This document shows positions 1-10,502 of a DNA stretch of 31,383 nt, piece by piece. Numbering within the stretch: position 1 is the stretch's first letter; each line of letters opens with the position of its first letter. The stretch covers positions 1 through 31,383 of the forward strand of contig JBHLLG010000031.1 of the NCBI GenBank assembly GCA_048885925.1, read 5' to 3'. Source of the DNA: Candidatus Hermodarchaeota archaeon (lineage in GTDB: Archaea; Asgardarchaeota; Lokiarchaeia; Sigyniarchaeales; SOKP01). The notes below the pieces were generated by a model. It was not told the origin of the DNA. It was given only the letters and a program-made list of their open reading frames with translations, and did not search any database. A program made the position numbers and the translations under genes.

Positions 1-644
1 AATTCATAATAAATTTTAGCAAGTTCAGAAATTCGGAATTGATCATTTTGTTGTAGAACTTGAGTTATATATCCTGCTAATCCTTGAGGATTATTAATCC
101 ACTGTAAAAAGCCTTCAACTTCTGCTTTAATATAGGGATCAATAGTAGGATGAGTTGGAGCAACTTGATAGGCTGTTGTTAGACCTGTTGAATTTTCAGA
201 TACTCCTTCAACTTTTCTTTGACTAGATAATTCAACATCAGTTTCAATAAATTTTGAATCTATACCTTTCTTTAACATTGCCGCAGCTCTTGCTACAGCG
301 GGATAAGCCATATGGAACCACCCTTTCGCTTTCGGTCTAACATGAGCTAACATATATTTATCTCCATCCGGAGTTGCAGCACCAATGAGATGTCCTTTTT
401 TCTGGCGATTAGTTCCTATAAAGCGTTCAGGTTCCATTTGAAGTATAGAATATCTTATATCATTCAATACAACAAATTGTGCAGATCCACTAGCCCAACC
501 TGCCAAAACACCATTTATATCTTTTTTAACATCCCATTTACTAGTTGAATAAAGGATCTTACCTTTTTTATCAACAATTACTACATCCGTAGCATCTGGA
601 TAATGCTTTTGTAACTTATTCACAACTGATTTGAAGCTTGTCAT
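1..644 (-). CDS. Asgard-type profilin domain protein with C-terminal extension (3' end outside window)
   Basis: Not in ORF track because it runs off the left edge. Manual translation from ATG 644 is open to position 1: MTSFKSVVNKLQKHYPDATDVVIVDKKGKILYSTSKWDVKKDINGVLAGW...IRYSILQMEPERFIGTNRQKKGHLIGAATPDG...LAHVRPKA. The pattern G-I---T--W / I-Y-I-----ER-IGTN---KGH resembles Loki profilins as I recall them. Confidence 0.75.
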   Translation of the reverse strand, partial: MTSFKSVVNKLQKHYPDATDVVIVDKKGKILYSTSKWDVKKDINGVLAGWASGSAQFVVLNDIRYSILQMEPERFIGTNRQKKGHLIGAATPDGDKYMLAHVRPKAKGWFHMAYPAVARAAAMLKKGIDSKFIETDVELSSQRKVEGVSENSTGLTTAYQVAPTHPTIDPYIKAEVEGFLQWINNPQGLAGYITQVLQQNDQFRISELAKIYYE

Positions 645-665
645 ATCACACTTTCCTTTTTTTAA

Positions 666-2042
666 TTATCTTATTAATTTACTTTGAGATATTCTAATCC
701 AATTATCTATTTCTCTGAGCAAATCCTTCTTTTCATTAAAACTTAATCCAACATTTGGTTCTGCTTTTTTATAAACATTAGAATATTTACTCATATCCCA
801 TAGGAAATTTGCATGCAAAATGCTTTTTTTAATATTGTCTCTAGCTATCTCAAAAGTTTTCCCAATTGATTGAATTTCATAATCTTCTTCAACAATTCTT
901 CTCAACATTTTAAGAATCTCTAAGATATTAGCCGTGGGTATCACTGGAAGTGGTTTAAATGCTATAAATGGACGTTTCATAGTTCTCAATTCAAAATCTT
1001 CTTCTTTTTTCTTAAATTTTCCTACTATAGGTTTTTTTAATCCCTCAATTTCTTCAGGCTGGTATTTCACAGTTTCATTTGGAATAAAAGATTTCTCTAA
1101 TTGTTCTTTGGATTGTCTTTGAAAATTAGTAGGCCATTCTATAAAAGAATCCATAAATAGTTCAGCAGAGATTAAGATTGATTCTTTTGGTTTTCTTTTT
1201 GAAACACTATTTTCTTGAAAACTACATGGCATTCCTCCCATTAAAGATTTAGCGGAGTTATCTATTATTGAAAAAAGATACATTGGATCATAATCTATTG
1301 AGGAATAAACATCTTTGAAATGTTCAATAGTTTTCTCAATATCCTGTAATTGGTTTGGATTAAATTGCTGATTTAAGATATTGTCTACTCCTAAAGAAAT
1401 ATTATTCAGACCTGCTGTAGCTTGCAAATAATTAGATTTTAAATTATAATCCATTAGACTTGAGATTAATATTTGATTATAGAAATCCCAATGAGTACTC
1501 AACAGCATATGTCCAGTTTTCTTAAATTGAAATGATTGAGGATTATGAATGGTTTCCATGAATTCAAGGAAGATATCTTTATAAGGTATGAATAAATTCC
1601 TCATTAGTGTTCCTTGAATGAATGTTTTTTTATTTTCTGTTTTATGGGAAAGATCTATAGGTAATTTAAATAAACTTTCATTCACAATTACATCTCTATC
1701 ATTCTCTAATGTAATATTTTTTGCTGTAGCTAAATGATCATATACAAAATCAGATAAAATTAAACCAGTTAATTGACGATTATCAGTAATATATCTACCC
1801 GATTGTAGTTCAAATTTAACATAATAGTATCCTAATCCAAACAAATAATACAAGATTCCTTTTTCTGTTGATACTGCACATTCATTACCCACCAAAAAAA
1901 TAACTAAATCTTGAGAGATCTTAAAAACGTGATGATTTACATATTTCCCTAATGTAGGGTAGCCAAGTAAATTTCCCCAACTAGGAATTACACAGAAGAT
2001 ATTATTATTTACTAGTTTTGTTTCTCTAATATTTACTGACAT
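666..2042 (-). CDS. Hypothetical protein (458 aa), probably co-transcribed with the profilin gene
   Basis: Long ORF with ATG start. It ends 21 nt upstream of the profilin ATG on the same strand. No motif recognised. Confidence 0.8.
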   Translation of the reverse strand: MSVNIRETKLVNNNIFCVIPSWGNLLGYPTLGKYVNHHVFKISQDLVIFLVGNECAVSTEKGILYYLFGLGYYYVKFELQSGRYITDNRQLTGLILSDFVYDHLATAKNITLENDRDVIVNESLFKLPIDLSHKTENKKTFIQGTLMRNLFIPYKDIFLEFMETIHNPQSFQFKKTGHMLLSTHWDFYNQILISSLMDYNLKSNYLQATAGLNNISLGVDNILNQQFNPNQLQDIEKTIEHFKDVYSSIDYDPMYLFSIIDNSAKSLMGGMPCSFQENSVSKRKPKESILISAELFMDSFIEWPTNFQRQSKEQLEKSFIPNETVKYQPEEIEGLKKPIVGKFKKKEEDFELRTMKRPFIAFKPLPVIPTANILEILKMLRRIVEEDYEIQSIGKTFEIARDNIKKSILHANFLWDMSKYSNVYKKAEPNVGLSFNEKKDLLREIDNWIRISQSKLIR

Positions 2043-2440
2043 GATAAACGAAACATTATTGATCTGAGTTTTTGAAGAAAGTTAATTTAAGTTATAATAA
2101 TTATGAACCTACTAATTTTTGAAATTTTATTATATTATAAAATTTATTTGTTCAATATTTTTTCTTTATCAAAATGTTTAAGATTCTTAATCCAATTCGT
2201 ATAAATTCATTAATAAAATTTACTTATATAAGACTTTTTCTTTGTTTAAGTAGACCAAATAGGAACGATTTATAATTAGAATTTCTTCATTGAATCTAAT
2301 TTTTTATGAAAAGCTTAAATATAAAAAAAAGTAAGTCTTTACTACATTGGAGATGTACCTTTTTCTCTTTACATTATATCAATAAATGAATTATATTTTA
2401 CTAATTGATTTAATTACTCCAAAAGAGAGAAAAAAACTTA

Positions 2441-4300
2441 ATGGAATCAGAAGAGATTTATAAACTTATAACTGAAAATGCAAATGATTTAATTAGAGTA
2501 TTGAATGAGCAATTTCAAATTGAATTTATTAATGAAACAGCTCATCTAAAAACATTAGGATATTCAAAAGAAGATCTAATTGGACAAACTGCTATTTCTC
2601 TTAATAATCCCAAAGATTATAGTTCTGTTAGACGATTTATGAGGAAAATGATTAAAAGTGGAGAAGCTATTCATGAAATAAGAATTCGACATAAAAATGG
2701 TCATTATATATGGTTTGAAATAAAAGCCAAAATATTCAAAGATCAAAAAAATCAAACGAAATATCTCTTTGTATCAAGAGACATTACAGAACGTAATGAA
2801 ACAGAAAAATTTTTAAAAGAATCTGAAGAAAAATTTAGAAAACTATTTGAAAAAGCAAATGATGGTATACTGCTTACAGAAGCCGAAACAGAGAAAATTC
2901 TTAACGGAAATAAAAAAATATGTCAGATGTTAGGATACTCTTTAGAAGAATTACAAAATATGCGTTATGCAGATCTACATCCAGAAGATAGTTTATCTTA
3001 TATTGATTATCAGTTTAAGCATAATCTACAAGATAAAAGTTCTATCGCACGAGATATCCCAATGAAAAGAAAAGATGGTAGTATATTTTATTGCAATGTT
3101 AACAACTCTGAAATTGAATTAGGAGGAAAAAAATTTTTTATAGGTCTATTTAGAGATATAACTGAACGTAAAAAAGCTGAAGAAAAGTTAAGGGAATCTG
3201 AGACAAAATTTAGAAATATTGCAGAACAATCATTTATGGGGATTGTTATTGTCCAAGACGGGGAACTTAAGTATATGAATCAAGCAATGTCAAAAATTTC
3301 TGGATATCCAATTAATGAAATTTTAAATTGGTCTCAAAAAGACATGTTTAAGATGATCTATCATGAAGATTTACGTCAAGTATCAAATCGGCTCCAAAGT
3401 AATATAGAAAAGACTATGGGTCCTTTTTCATCTAATACTTTTAGAATAATTAATAAAAATGGTGAATTAAGGTGGCTTGAGGACTATACAACTCGAATAA
3501 TTTATCAAGGAGCCCCAGCAAATTTAATTTCCATCATTGATATTACTGACAAAAAGGAAGCGGAAAGGCTTATACTTGAAGAAAATAAAAGATTATTAGA
3601 ACTCCATGAACTAAGAAAAGATCTTATTACTAGAGTTTCTCATGAATTAAAAACACCTTTAACCTCTATTTATGGAACAATACAAATCCTTCTAAGGAAT
3701 TTTGCTAATGAATTAAGTGAAGGGGTACAAAATCATCTACAGATTGGATATAGAGGTTGTCTTCGATTAAAACAATTAGTAGATAATTTATTAGATGTCT
3801 CAAGATTGGATGCAAAAAAGATCAAACTTGAATTAAAAAATGAAGATCTTATAGAATTTATAGAGGATTGTGTAAATGAAATGAACTATTTAGCTCGTAC
3901 TCGTGGAATAGCAATTAAATCAGAATTACCACATAATATCTACTCTGAGATTGATAAACTTAGATTTAGGCAAGTGTTAACTAATATTATTTCAAATGCC
4001 ATAAAAAATACTCCAAGAGGAGGTAATATTTGCATAAATTTAATAACTAATAATGATTATATCGATATTCAAGTAAAAGATACGGGAGTAGGCTTAACTC
4101 CAAAAGAGAAAACTCAATTATTTGAAAAATTTGGAAAAATCGAACGGTATGGAATGGATTTAGATGTAGATATTGAAGGATCGGGCATTGGTTTATACAT
4201 TTCAAAAGAAATTACAGAATTACATGGTGGGAAAATCCTTGTTGAATCCGAGGGAAGGAATAAAGGATCTACATTCACTATTAGGTTATATAAAATTTAA
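2441..4300 (+). CDS. Cytoplasmic multi-PAS sensor histidine kinase (3 PAS/PAC + HisKA + HATPase)
   Basis: PAS/PAC repeats ending RDITER/DITDK; H-box SHELKTPLT; N-box NIISNAIK; DTGVG; GSGIGL. Confidence 0.93.
   Translation: MESEEIYKLITENANDLIRVLNEQFQIEFINETAHLKTLGYSKEDLIGQTAISLNNPKDYSSVRRFMRKMIKSGEAIHEIRIRHKNGHYIWFEIKAKIFKDQKNQTKYLFVSRDITERNETEKFLKESEEKFRKLFEKANDGILLTEAETEKILNGNKKICQMLGYSLEELQNMRYADLHPEDSLSYIDYQFKHNLQDKSSIARDIPMKRKDGSIFYCNVNNSEIELGGKKFFIGLFRDITERKKAEEKLRESETKFRNIAEQSFMGIVIVQDGELKYMNQAMSKISGYPINEILNWSQKDMFKMIYHEDLRQVSNRLQSNIEKTMGPFSSNTFRIINKNGELRWLEDYTTRIIYQGAPANLISIIDITDKKEAERLILEENKRLLELHELRKDLITRVSHELKTPLTSIYGTIQILLRNFANELSEGVQNHLQIGYRGCLRLKQLVDNLLDVSRLDAKKIKLELKNEDLIEFIEDCVNEMNYLARTRGIAIKSELPHNIYSEIDKLRFRQVLTNIISNAIKNTPRGGNICINLITNNDYIDIQVKDTGVGLTPKEKTQLFEKFGKIERYGMDLDVDIEGSGIGLYISKEITELHGGKILVESEGRNKGSTFTIRLYKI
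4073..4156 (+). repeat. Inverted repeat copy 1 (68 bp exact plus 15 bp) shared with 7809-7892
   Basis: gtaaaagatacgggagtagg...tttggaaaaat (4073-4140) equals the reverse complement of 7825-7892. After one mismatch, 15 more bases match. Confidence 0.9.
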
Positions 4301-4429
4301 AAAAATTAGTATGATATTTTTTCTAATTCTATTTAAGAAATTTATTATTTAAATCGAAATGGAATATATAACATGGCATTCCTATTCCTTTAAGAATAAA
4401 ATTTGATTTCTGAGCAATTATTGAAAATA

Positions 4430-5800
4430 CTATAAAATTAACTCCATGGATAGTGTAAAACAAGTTAATAAAATTATAATAGGTGTTATTAAAAATCCAT
4501 ATTTAGCAAATTCTTTATAGCTAATTTTTACTTCATTATCATAAAGAATTTTATGCCACATGATTCCGGCAAGGGCGCCAATTAGAGTGAGGTTAGCCCC
4601 TAAATTACTTCCTATAATTAATGCGAACATTGAACCCATTTTAGTTAACCCAACAACGTTAAAGGAATTGCTAAGAAGAATTTGTGTAAAAAGAATAGTC
4701 ATAGGTTGGTTATTCATTATATTACAAGAAAGAGATGACAAGAAACCCATAATTAAGATTAAGGGAATTAAAGAAAGAGAAAATAAAGACATCGATCTAG
4801 CAAATAAATCAATCCATCCAGTTGATACTAATGCCTCTACTAAAATAAACATTCCAATTATAAAAGGAATTATTTTCCATGGTATTCTTTTTGCTGATTT
4901 TTCAAGAATAAAAAAATTGTTTAAATTTTTCTTTTTCATTAAAATATAATCGTGAATTAGATTATAACACAACATTATTATCGCAAAAAAGAAAGTTATT
5001 GCCCACAAAGATAAATTTAATAATTGAGCTATTGAAATCATAAAAAGACAAGAAATAAATAAGATTAAGCCAAAAGTAGCACCAAATCTGTCTTTAAGCG
5101 CTGTTCTTGGCTTAATATCAGGAGATTCAAATGATTTAGGAATTCTTTTTTTAAAAACGAGCAAAAGTAAAATCAAACAAGTAAATCCCCCTAATAAAGT
5201 TGGTAATAACATCCAAGCCGAATATTCTAAGAATGTTAACCCAAATGCTTCAGCTACTATAATATTAGTAGGATTTCCTATATAAAGGGTAAGACTCCAG
5301 ATATTGGCTGCAAAAAATTGAGATATTAGATAAGGAATTGGATCTATTTTTGTATGTTTTGCAAAATAAATAATAATCGGTGTAATTGTTAAAATAACGA
5401 TATCATTTGATGTGAATGTTGTAAGTATGCTACTAAATAAAAAGAAGAAAATAAAAAGTTTTATTCCAGAATTCCCTGCCCCTTTCGCCACCTTTAATGC
5501 CATATATTCAAAAAGACCAGTAAGATCTAACGATATACATATATATGCTAATGAAAAAAATAAAAGTATTATCGAAAATGGTTTAATTCTTTCTGTACCT
5601 AAAATTCCTCTACTTATAACCTCCAAATCAATCGAAAAAGTTAAAATTAATAAAAGGAGACCCAATAAAGGAGCTGTTGAATAGTCTATTCTTAAAAAAA
5701 ATCGCTTTTTTTTCTTATCTGAAGATGTTATAAAGCTTATTAAAATTAAAACGATAACTAATAAAAAAATTGCAAGAGTAATAAGCGATCTGATAGACAT
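4430..5800 (-). CDS. ArsB/NhaD (ion transporter superfamily) permease
   Basis: Multi-TM protein with FTSNDIVILTITP, IGNPTNIIVA, MNNQPM and GSNLGANLTLIGALAGIMW motifs typical of ArsB-like permeases. Confidence 0.88.
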   Translation of the reverse strand: MSIRSLITLAIFLLVIVLILISFITSSDKKKKRFFLRIDYSTAPLLGLLLLILTFSIDLEVISRGILGTERIKPFSIILLFFSLAYICISLDLTGLFEYMALKVAKGAGNSGIKLFIFFFLFSSILTTFTSNDIVILTITPIIIYFAKHTKIDPIPYLISQFFAANIWSLTLYIGNPTNIIVAEAFGLTFLEYSAWMLLPTLLGGFTCLILLLLVFKKRIPKSFESPDIKPRTALKDRFGATFGLILFISCLFMISIAQLLNLSLWAITFFFAIIMLCYNLIHDYILMKKKNLNNFFILEKSAKRIPWKIIPFIIGMFILVEALVSTGWIDLFARSMSLFSLSLIPLILIMGFLSSLSCNIMNNQPMTILFTQILLSNSFNVVGLTKMGSMFALIIGSNLGANLTLIGALAGIMWHKILYDNEVKISYKEFAKYGFLITPIIILLTCFTLSMELIL

Positions 5801-5983
5801 TATTATAAAATGATAAGTTAATAATTATTATTTCTTAAAATGAGAATAAATCTTTTTGAATTTTTCTAGATTTTTTATTCTTATAAAACAATAAGTTAGA
5901 ATTTAAAGCTCTAGAAATATATGGATTTTTTATGTTAAATAAACCAATAATTTTTACATTAAAGTAAAATAAAACTGATTTAA

Positions 5984-7246
5984 ATGGAAGATAATATATC
6001 TAAAAAATCATATAGACATTTTTTTTACTTTTTGCTTGGACAAGAATTCTCAGTACTGGGTTCTTCAATTGTTTATTTCGTTATTAGCTGGTGGATCACT
6101 GTTGAGACCAATAATCCTATTTATCTCTCTTTTTCATCAGTTTTATACATTTTACCTCAGATTATCATTGCTCCTATTGCTGGGGTATTATCAGATAGAT
6201 TGAATAGAAAATATATCATTATCTCCATAGATGCCGCTCAGGCAATTGTAACCTTTGGTCTTTTTCTTGTATTTTTTCTAAAGATCGCGAATATATGGTT
6301 AGTACTTTCAGTTAACACACTTCGCAGCATGCTTCAAGCATTTCATGTACCAACTTTTTATTCTATAGTACCATCAATGGTTCCAAAAGAGAGATTAAAT
6401 AGAGTAAATGGAATAAATACACTATTTACTAGTCTAATTTACATGGTTGGACCAATTTTAGGTGGATCACTTTATGAAATTCTTCCAATTGAGCTAATTT
6501 TTATGATAGATATCATCACTTTTGTAATTGCTCTTATTCCTTTACTTTTTATTACAATCCCTTCAGTTAAAACAACCAAGACAGCTGAACATAAAACCTC
6601 TTTCTATGAAGATTTTATAACAGGATTAAGAACTGTAAAAGCTGTTCCTGGTCTTTTAAGCTTAATACTTTTAGCCATGCTAATTAACTTTATTATGAGA
6701 CCATTTTCTGATTTAATGCCATATTATATTAAAAATGTACATAATGGTACTCCTCTCAATTTAGCATTTGTTACTGTTTCTATACCGGTAGCGAATATTA
6801 CGGGAAGTATAATTAATACAATTAAAAAAAATTGGAAACATAAGGTATTTTTGATTATGTTCGGAACAATAATGATTTTTATAGGCTATTCGTTTTTAAT
6901 TTTTACGCCCACAGGATTCTTTATTCTTCTGGGAATTGGGCTATTTATTCAAGGGATAGCTATGAATTTCATTCTAAATAATTATATGACAATCTTACAA
7001 AGTTGTGTTCCATCTGATAAAGTTGGGAGAATTATTTCTCTTGATCACTCATTAAGTTTTGTTATAATGCCAATTGGCTCATTAATAGGAGGACCACTAG
7101 CATTATTAATTGGAATTACTAATCTGTATCTTTTATGTGTTATTAGTGGGATCTCAATATCCAGCTTAATCTGGATCTTCAGTGACATTCATAAGCTTCA
7201 CTATGTAGAAAAAGATGAAATTCAAATCAATGATCAATTAAAATGA
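5984..7246 (+). CDS. MFS transporter (DHA3/MefA-like family)
   Basis: About 12 TM segments; N-terminal GQEFSVLGS; motif A AGVLSDRLNRK. Confidence 0.88.
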   Translation: MEDNISKKSYRHFFYFLLGQEFSVLGSSIVYFVISWWITVETNNPIYLSFSSVLYILPQIIIAPIAGVLSDRLNRKYIIISIDAAQAIVTFGLFLVFFLKIANIWLVLSVNTLRSMLQAFHVPTFYSIVPSMVPKERLNRVNGINTLFTSLIYMVGPILGGSLYEILPIELIFMIDIITFVIALIPLLFITIPSVKTTKTAEHKTSFYEDFITGLRTVKAVPGLLSLILLAMLINFIMRPFSDLMPYYIKNVHNGTPLNLAFVTVSIPVANITGSIINTIKKNWKHKVFLIMFGTIMIFIGYSFLIFTPTGFFILLGIGLFIQGIAMNFILNNYMTILQSCVPSDKVGRIISLDHSLSFVIMPIGSLIGGPLALLIGITNLYLLCVISGISISSLIWIFSDIHKLHYVEKDEIQINDQLK

Positions 7247-7273
7247 TTTAAAAGTTAATTTCATGATTTTAAT

Positions 7274-7657
7274 CTATTTCTTTTTTATCATTTCAGTTAA
7301 AATTTCAAGTTCCTGCAAATTAAACGGTTTTTCAATAACTCCCTCGATATCATACTCTTCTACTTTTTTCATAGCGTCAGATCTAGGCACTGCGGTTAAG
7401 AAATAAATTAAAGCGTTATTAAATAATGGATTGGACTTAATTGAGATGATTAAATCGTAGCCTTTTTTATCTGGTAACAAAATATCTAATAAAATTATAG
7501 AGGGGATATTATTTTTTAAGATTTCTAGTCCCTCTTTGACATTTCGAGCATATTTATTTCTACAACCTTGAATTGTAAAAAATTCACTCAAAAAGGCAAC
7601 TGTATCAAGGTCATCTTCAATTATTAAAAAATCTATTTCTTCATATTGCTCTCTCAT
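7274..7657 (-). CDS. Stand-alone response regulator receiver (CheY-like)
   Basis: IIEDD, LLDILLP (phosphoacceptor Asp), FLTA and EKPF motifs. GGTGA RBS overlaps the upstream kinase stop. Confidence 0.92.
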   Translation of the reverse strand: MREQYEEIDFLIIEDDLDTVAFLSEFFTIQGCRNKYARNVKEGLEILKNNIPSIILLDILLPDKKGYDLIISIKSNPLFNNALIYFLTAVPRSDAMKKVEEYDIEGVIEKPFNLQELEILTEMIKKK

Positions 7658-7661
7658 AGAA

Positions 7662-9761
7662 TCACCCTTTTTTATTCAATCGTATTGTAAAAATACTTCC
7701 TTGATTTCTCCCTTCCGATTCAACAAGAATCTCTCCTCCATGTAATTTCACTATTTCTTTTGAAATGTACAAACCCAATCCTGCACCTTCAATATCCACA
7801 TCCAAATTCATTCCATACCGTTCAATTTTTCCAAATTTTTCAAATAATTGAGTTTTCTCTTTTGGAGTTAAGCCTACTCCCGTATCTTTTACCTGAATAT
7901 CTAGATAATCTATTGTATCATTTAAATTTACAAAAACTTTCCCGCCAGGTGGAGTATTTTTTATCGCGTTTGAAATAATGTTCACAATAACTTGTGCAAA
8001 CCTGTGCTTATCTATAATAAAAAAATATTCGGGAGGAAGGTCATCTATTATTGTTATTTCTCTGTTATTTGCTTGATACATTAATTCTTTTATACAATCT
8101 TGAATAATTAAGGCTAAATTTATATTGGAAGTTGTTATGTCAAGTTTTTTATTGTCCAATCTTGAAATATCAAGTAAATTATCGACAAGTTCTTTTAAGC
8201 GTTTTGCTCCTCTATGACTGATTTCTAAATAATTCCATATTTTTTCAATATTTTCATCTCTATTCGTACGTAATAGCATTTGAGAAGCACCATATATTGT
8301 TGTTAAAGGAGTTCTTAATTCATGTGATACTCGTGTTATTAGTTCTTTTCTTAATTTATTAAGTTCCTTTAATCTTCTATTCTCTTCTCTAACAATTTCC
8401 TCTACCTTTTTTAATTCTGTAATATCCATAACAAATGCTAAGTTAGCGGGTTTATCGTGATACATAATCGCCTTTGAAAAAAGATCGATCCATAAAATTT
8501 CTCCAGTTTTTTTTATTATCCTAAACTTAAAATCCTCTATATCTTGAATTAAGTTTTTTGTCTTTTCATCAATAATCTCTTGGAATCTATTCAAATCATC
8601 AGGATGAATAATCTTAAAAAAATCGGGAATCTTCCAATTTAATAACTCTTGAGTATTATAACCAAAAATTTTTGCTAATTGGGGATTCAGGTATTTTATA
8701 TCAAAATCTTGCTCTATTACAGCGCCGATAAAAGATTGTTCCGAAATTACTCTGAACTTCTCTTCAGATTCTCTTAATTCTATATCAGCTTTTTTACGTT
8801 TTGTTATATCTCTTGAAATAACAATGACTTTTAGGTTTCCTTGATCATCAGAAAAGACTTTACTGGTATACTCTAACCATATATAATGCCCTTTTTTATG
8901 TCTCGCTCTTAATTCTTCTTTATCTATACCTTTTAATTCTTGAAAATTTGAAGTTGATATATCTCTCGAATTCACTATGTACTTTATATCTTCAGGGTGA
9001 ATAATCTCAAATACATGCTTTCCAAGTAAATCTTTTTTAGAATACCCCAAAATAGTAAGGTAGGCAGGTTCATTTATATATTCATACTCATACTTATTAT
9101 TTACCATTGCTATTAAATCGTTTGCGTTCTCTGAAATAAGCCTATATCTCTCTTCAGACTCTATTAGCCTTGTTCCTACTGTTACTAATTTTTCTTCTAA
9201 ATAAATGAGTATAGGAAAAACAAAATAACAAGTACAAAAGAAAAACATACCCACAAAACTAAACTCCCACATACCTGGAAGATCAAAATTTGATAAGACT
9301 GTTGCGATAGCTGTTATAAAACCAGACGATAAAAATATAATTAAGGATGCATGTTTAGAAGATTTTTGTATAGAATAAAGATTAACAAGCATAATAATGG
9401 CTAGAAGAAGTAAGAATGAAAAGAATATTTGAATACTGAAAATTAAAATCGATGCGTAACTAATGTTTAATATGAGTCTATTGCTATCATTATTCTTTTT
9501 TTTATTAACTACTTTAAAGTATTCAAAAAAAATTGCAATTAAAAGGGTGAGATTACCGATAAGAAAAATTGCATTACCTAATAATCTATATGAGTAATTA
9601 TATATCTGTAAATAAATAAACAAATAACCAATCGGTATCAGAATATAAGTTGGTAAATATATTATTAAATCTCTTCTCTTAAAATTTACAAACATAAAAA
9701 TAATCGTACCAACAACCAAAAATATTGTAATTTGAAAATTTAAAATTGATTCATCAAGCAT
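7662..9761 (-). CDS. Membrane-anchored PAS sensor histidine kinase
   Basis: Hydrophobic N-terminal ~190 aa, two PAS/PAC domains, SHELRTPLT, NIISNAIK, DTGVG, GAGLGL. Confidence 0.93.
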   Translation of the reverse strand: MLDESILNFQITIFLVVGTIIFMFVNFKRRDLIIYLPTYILIPIGYLFIYLQIYNYSYRLLGNAIFLIGNLTLLIAIFFEYFKVVNKKKNNDSNRLILNISYASILIFSIQIFFSFLLLLAIIMLVNLYSIQKSSKHASLIIFLSSGFITAIATVLSNFDLPGMWEFSFVGMFFFCTCYFVFPILIYLEEKLVTVGTRLIESEERYRLISENANDLIAMVNNKYEYEYINEPAYLTILGYSKKDLLGKHVFEIIHPEDIKYIVNSRDISTSNFQELKGIDKEELRARHKKGHYIWLEYTSKVFSDDQGNLKVIVISRDITKRKKADIELRESEEKFRVISEQSFIGAVIEQDFDIKYLNPQLAKIFGYNTQELLNWKIPDFFKIIHPDDLNRFQEIIDEKTKNLIQDIEDFKFRIIKKTGEILWIDLFSKAIMYHDKPANLAFVMDITELKKVEEIVREENRRLKELNKLRKELITRVSHELRTPLTTIYGASQMLLRTNRDENIEKIWNYLEISHRGAKRLKELVDNLLDISRLDNKKLDITTSNINLALIIQDCIKELMYQANNREITIIDDLPPEYFFIIDKHRFAQVIVNIISNAIKNTPPGGKVFVNLNDTIDYLDIQVKDTGVGLTPKEKTQLFEKFGKIERYGMNLDVDIEGAGLGLYISKEIVKLHGGEILVESEGRNQGSIFTIRLNKKG
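7809..7892 (-). repeat. Inverted repeat copy 2 (matches 4073-4156)
   Basis: Direct base comparison of the two HATPase-coding segments. Confidence 0.9.
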
Positions 9762-9897
9762 TTTATCAACCTTTTATCCTAATTATTAGTTATTATAAAT
9801 AAATTATAGATCTTATATTTCCCTTTTTAATCTTCTCAGAATTGTATTTAATAAAAAAACAATTAAATAGTTGAAATAATAAAATAATTATTAATTT

Positions 9898-9966
9898 TTG
9901 CATAAAGTTAGATTTAAATATGCAAGAATTTTCTTTCTTTATAAGAATCTTAGATTCTTGCATAAA
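9898..9966. promoter_or_regulatory. Candidate operator: three TTGCATA boxes, including an 11-bp inverted repeat
   Basis: ttgcataaa at 9898-9906 and 9958-9966; tatgcaagaat (9919-9929) pairs with attcttgcata (9954-9964). Lies in a divergent intergenic region. Confidence 0.35.
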
Positions 9967-9996
9967 ATTATTTAAAATATAAATTATATCTCGATA

Positions 9997-10269
9997 GTGT
10001 CAGAGAAAGAGATCAAATTAAAAATAGCAAAATGTAAGATTTGTGGAAAGGAGTTTAGCAAACACACGAGACCATGGGGTATGAGAACTACTTGTTCTAA
10101 TGAGTGCAACCTTATTCGAATATCCAACATACAGAAAAAAGGAGAAGAAATAGGAAGAGCTACAAATAAATTAAAATTTTGTACTATTTGTCTGGTATTA
10201 ACATTATTTCTTGTGATTTTTATTACAATTTTAGTTGTACCTCAAGTTATTTTTAAGAATCACTATTAA
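9997..10269 (+). CDS. Small zinc-finger protein with C-terminal TM helix
   Basis: CKICGKEF...TCSNEC (C4 zinc finger) followed by a hydrophobic helix; GTG start. Confidence 0.65.
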   Translation: MSEKEIKLKIAKCKICGKEFSKHTRPWGMRTTCSNECNLIRISNIQKKGEEIGRATNKLKFCTICLVLTLFLVIFITILVVPQVIFKNHY

Positions 10270-10502
10270 AAATTTTTTATAAGACACATGTAACTTTTAT
10301 TACTAGAATCTGCTAATTTGCTTTAGATTAAAATACATATGTTCCAAATCACACTGATGACGTTTAATATGGAGGAATTAAGAATCGAAAAGCTGAAACA
10401 GAAAATTAAGAAGTTTAATGGATTGAGCAATTTCAAAAATGAATAGAAGTATAACTAATAATTAATTAAAATAATAAAATAAAGAGTTTAAAAAAATAGA
10501 TT

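Noticed and set aside
4073-7892. Shared kinase tract as a diversity-generating retroelement TR/VR pair
   Set aside because: Differences are not adenine-specific, both copies lie in intact paralogous CDSs, and no reverse transcriptase is present in the window.
10339-10446. 35-aa ORF, or a C/D-box sRNA (TGATGA 10355, CTGA 10393)
   Set aside because: No recognisable motif or RBS for the ORF; no convincing D'/C' boxes or terminal stem for an sRNA.
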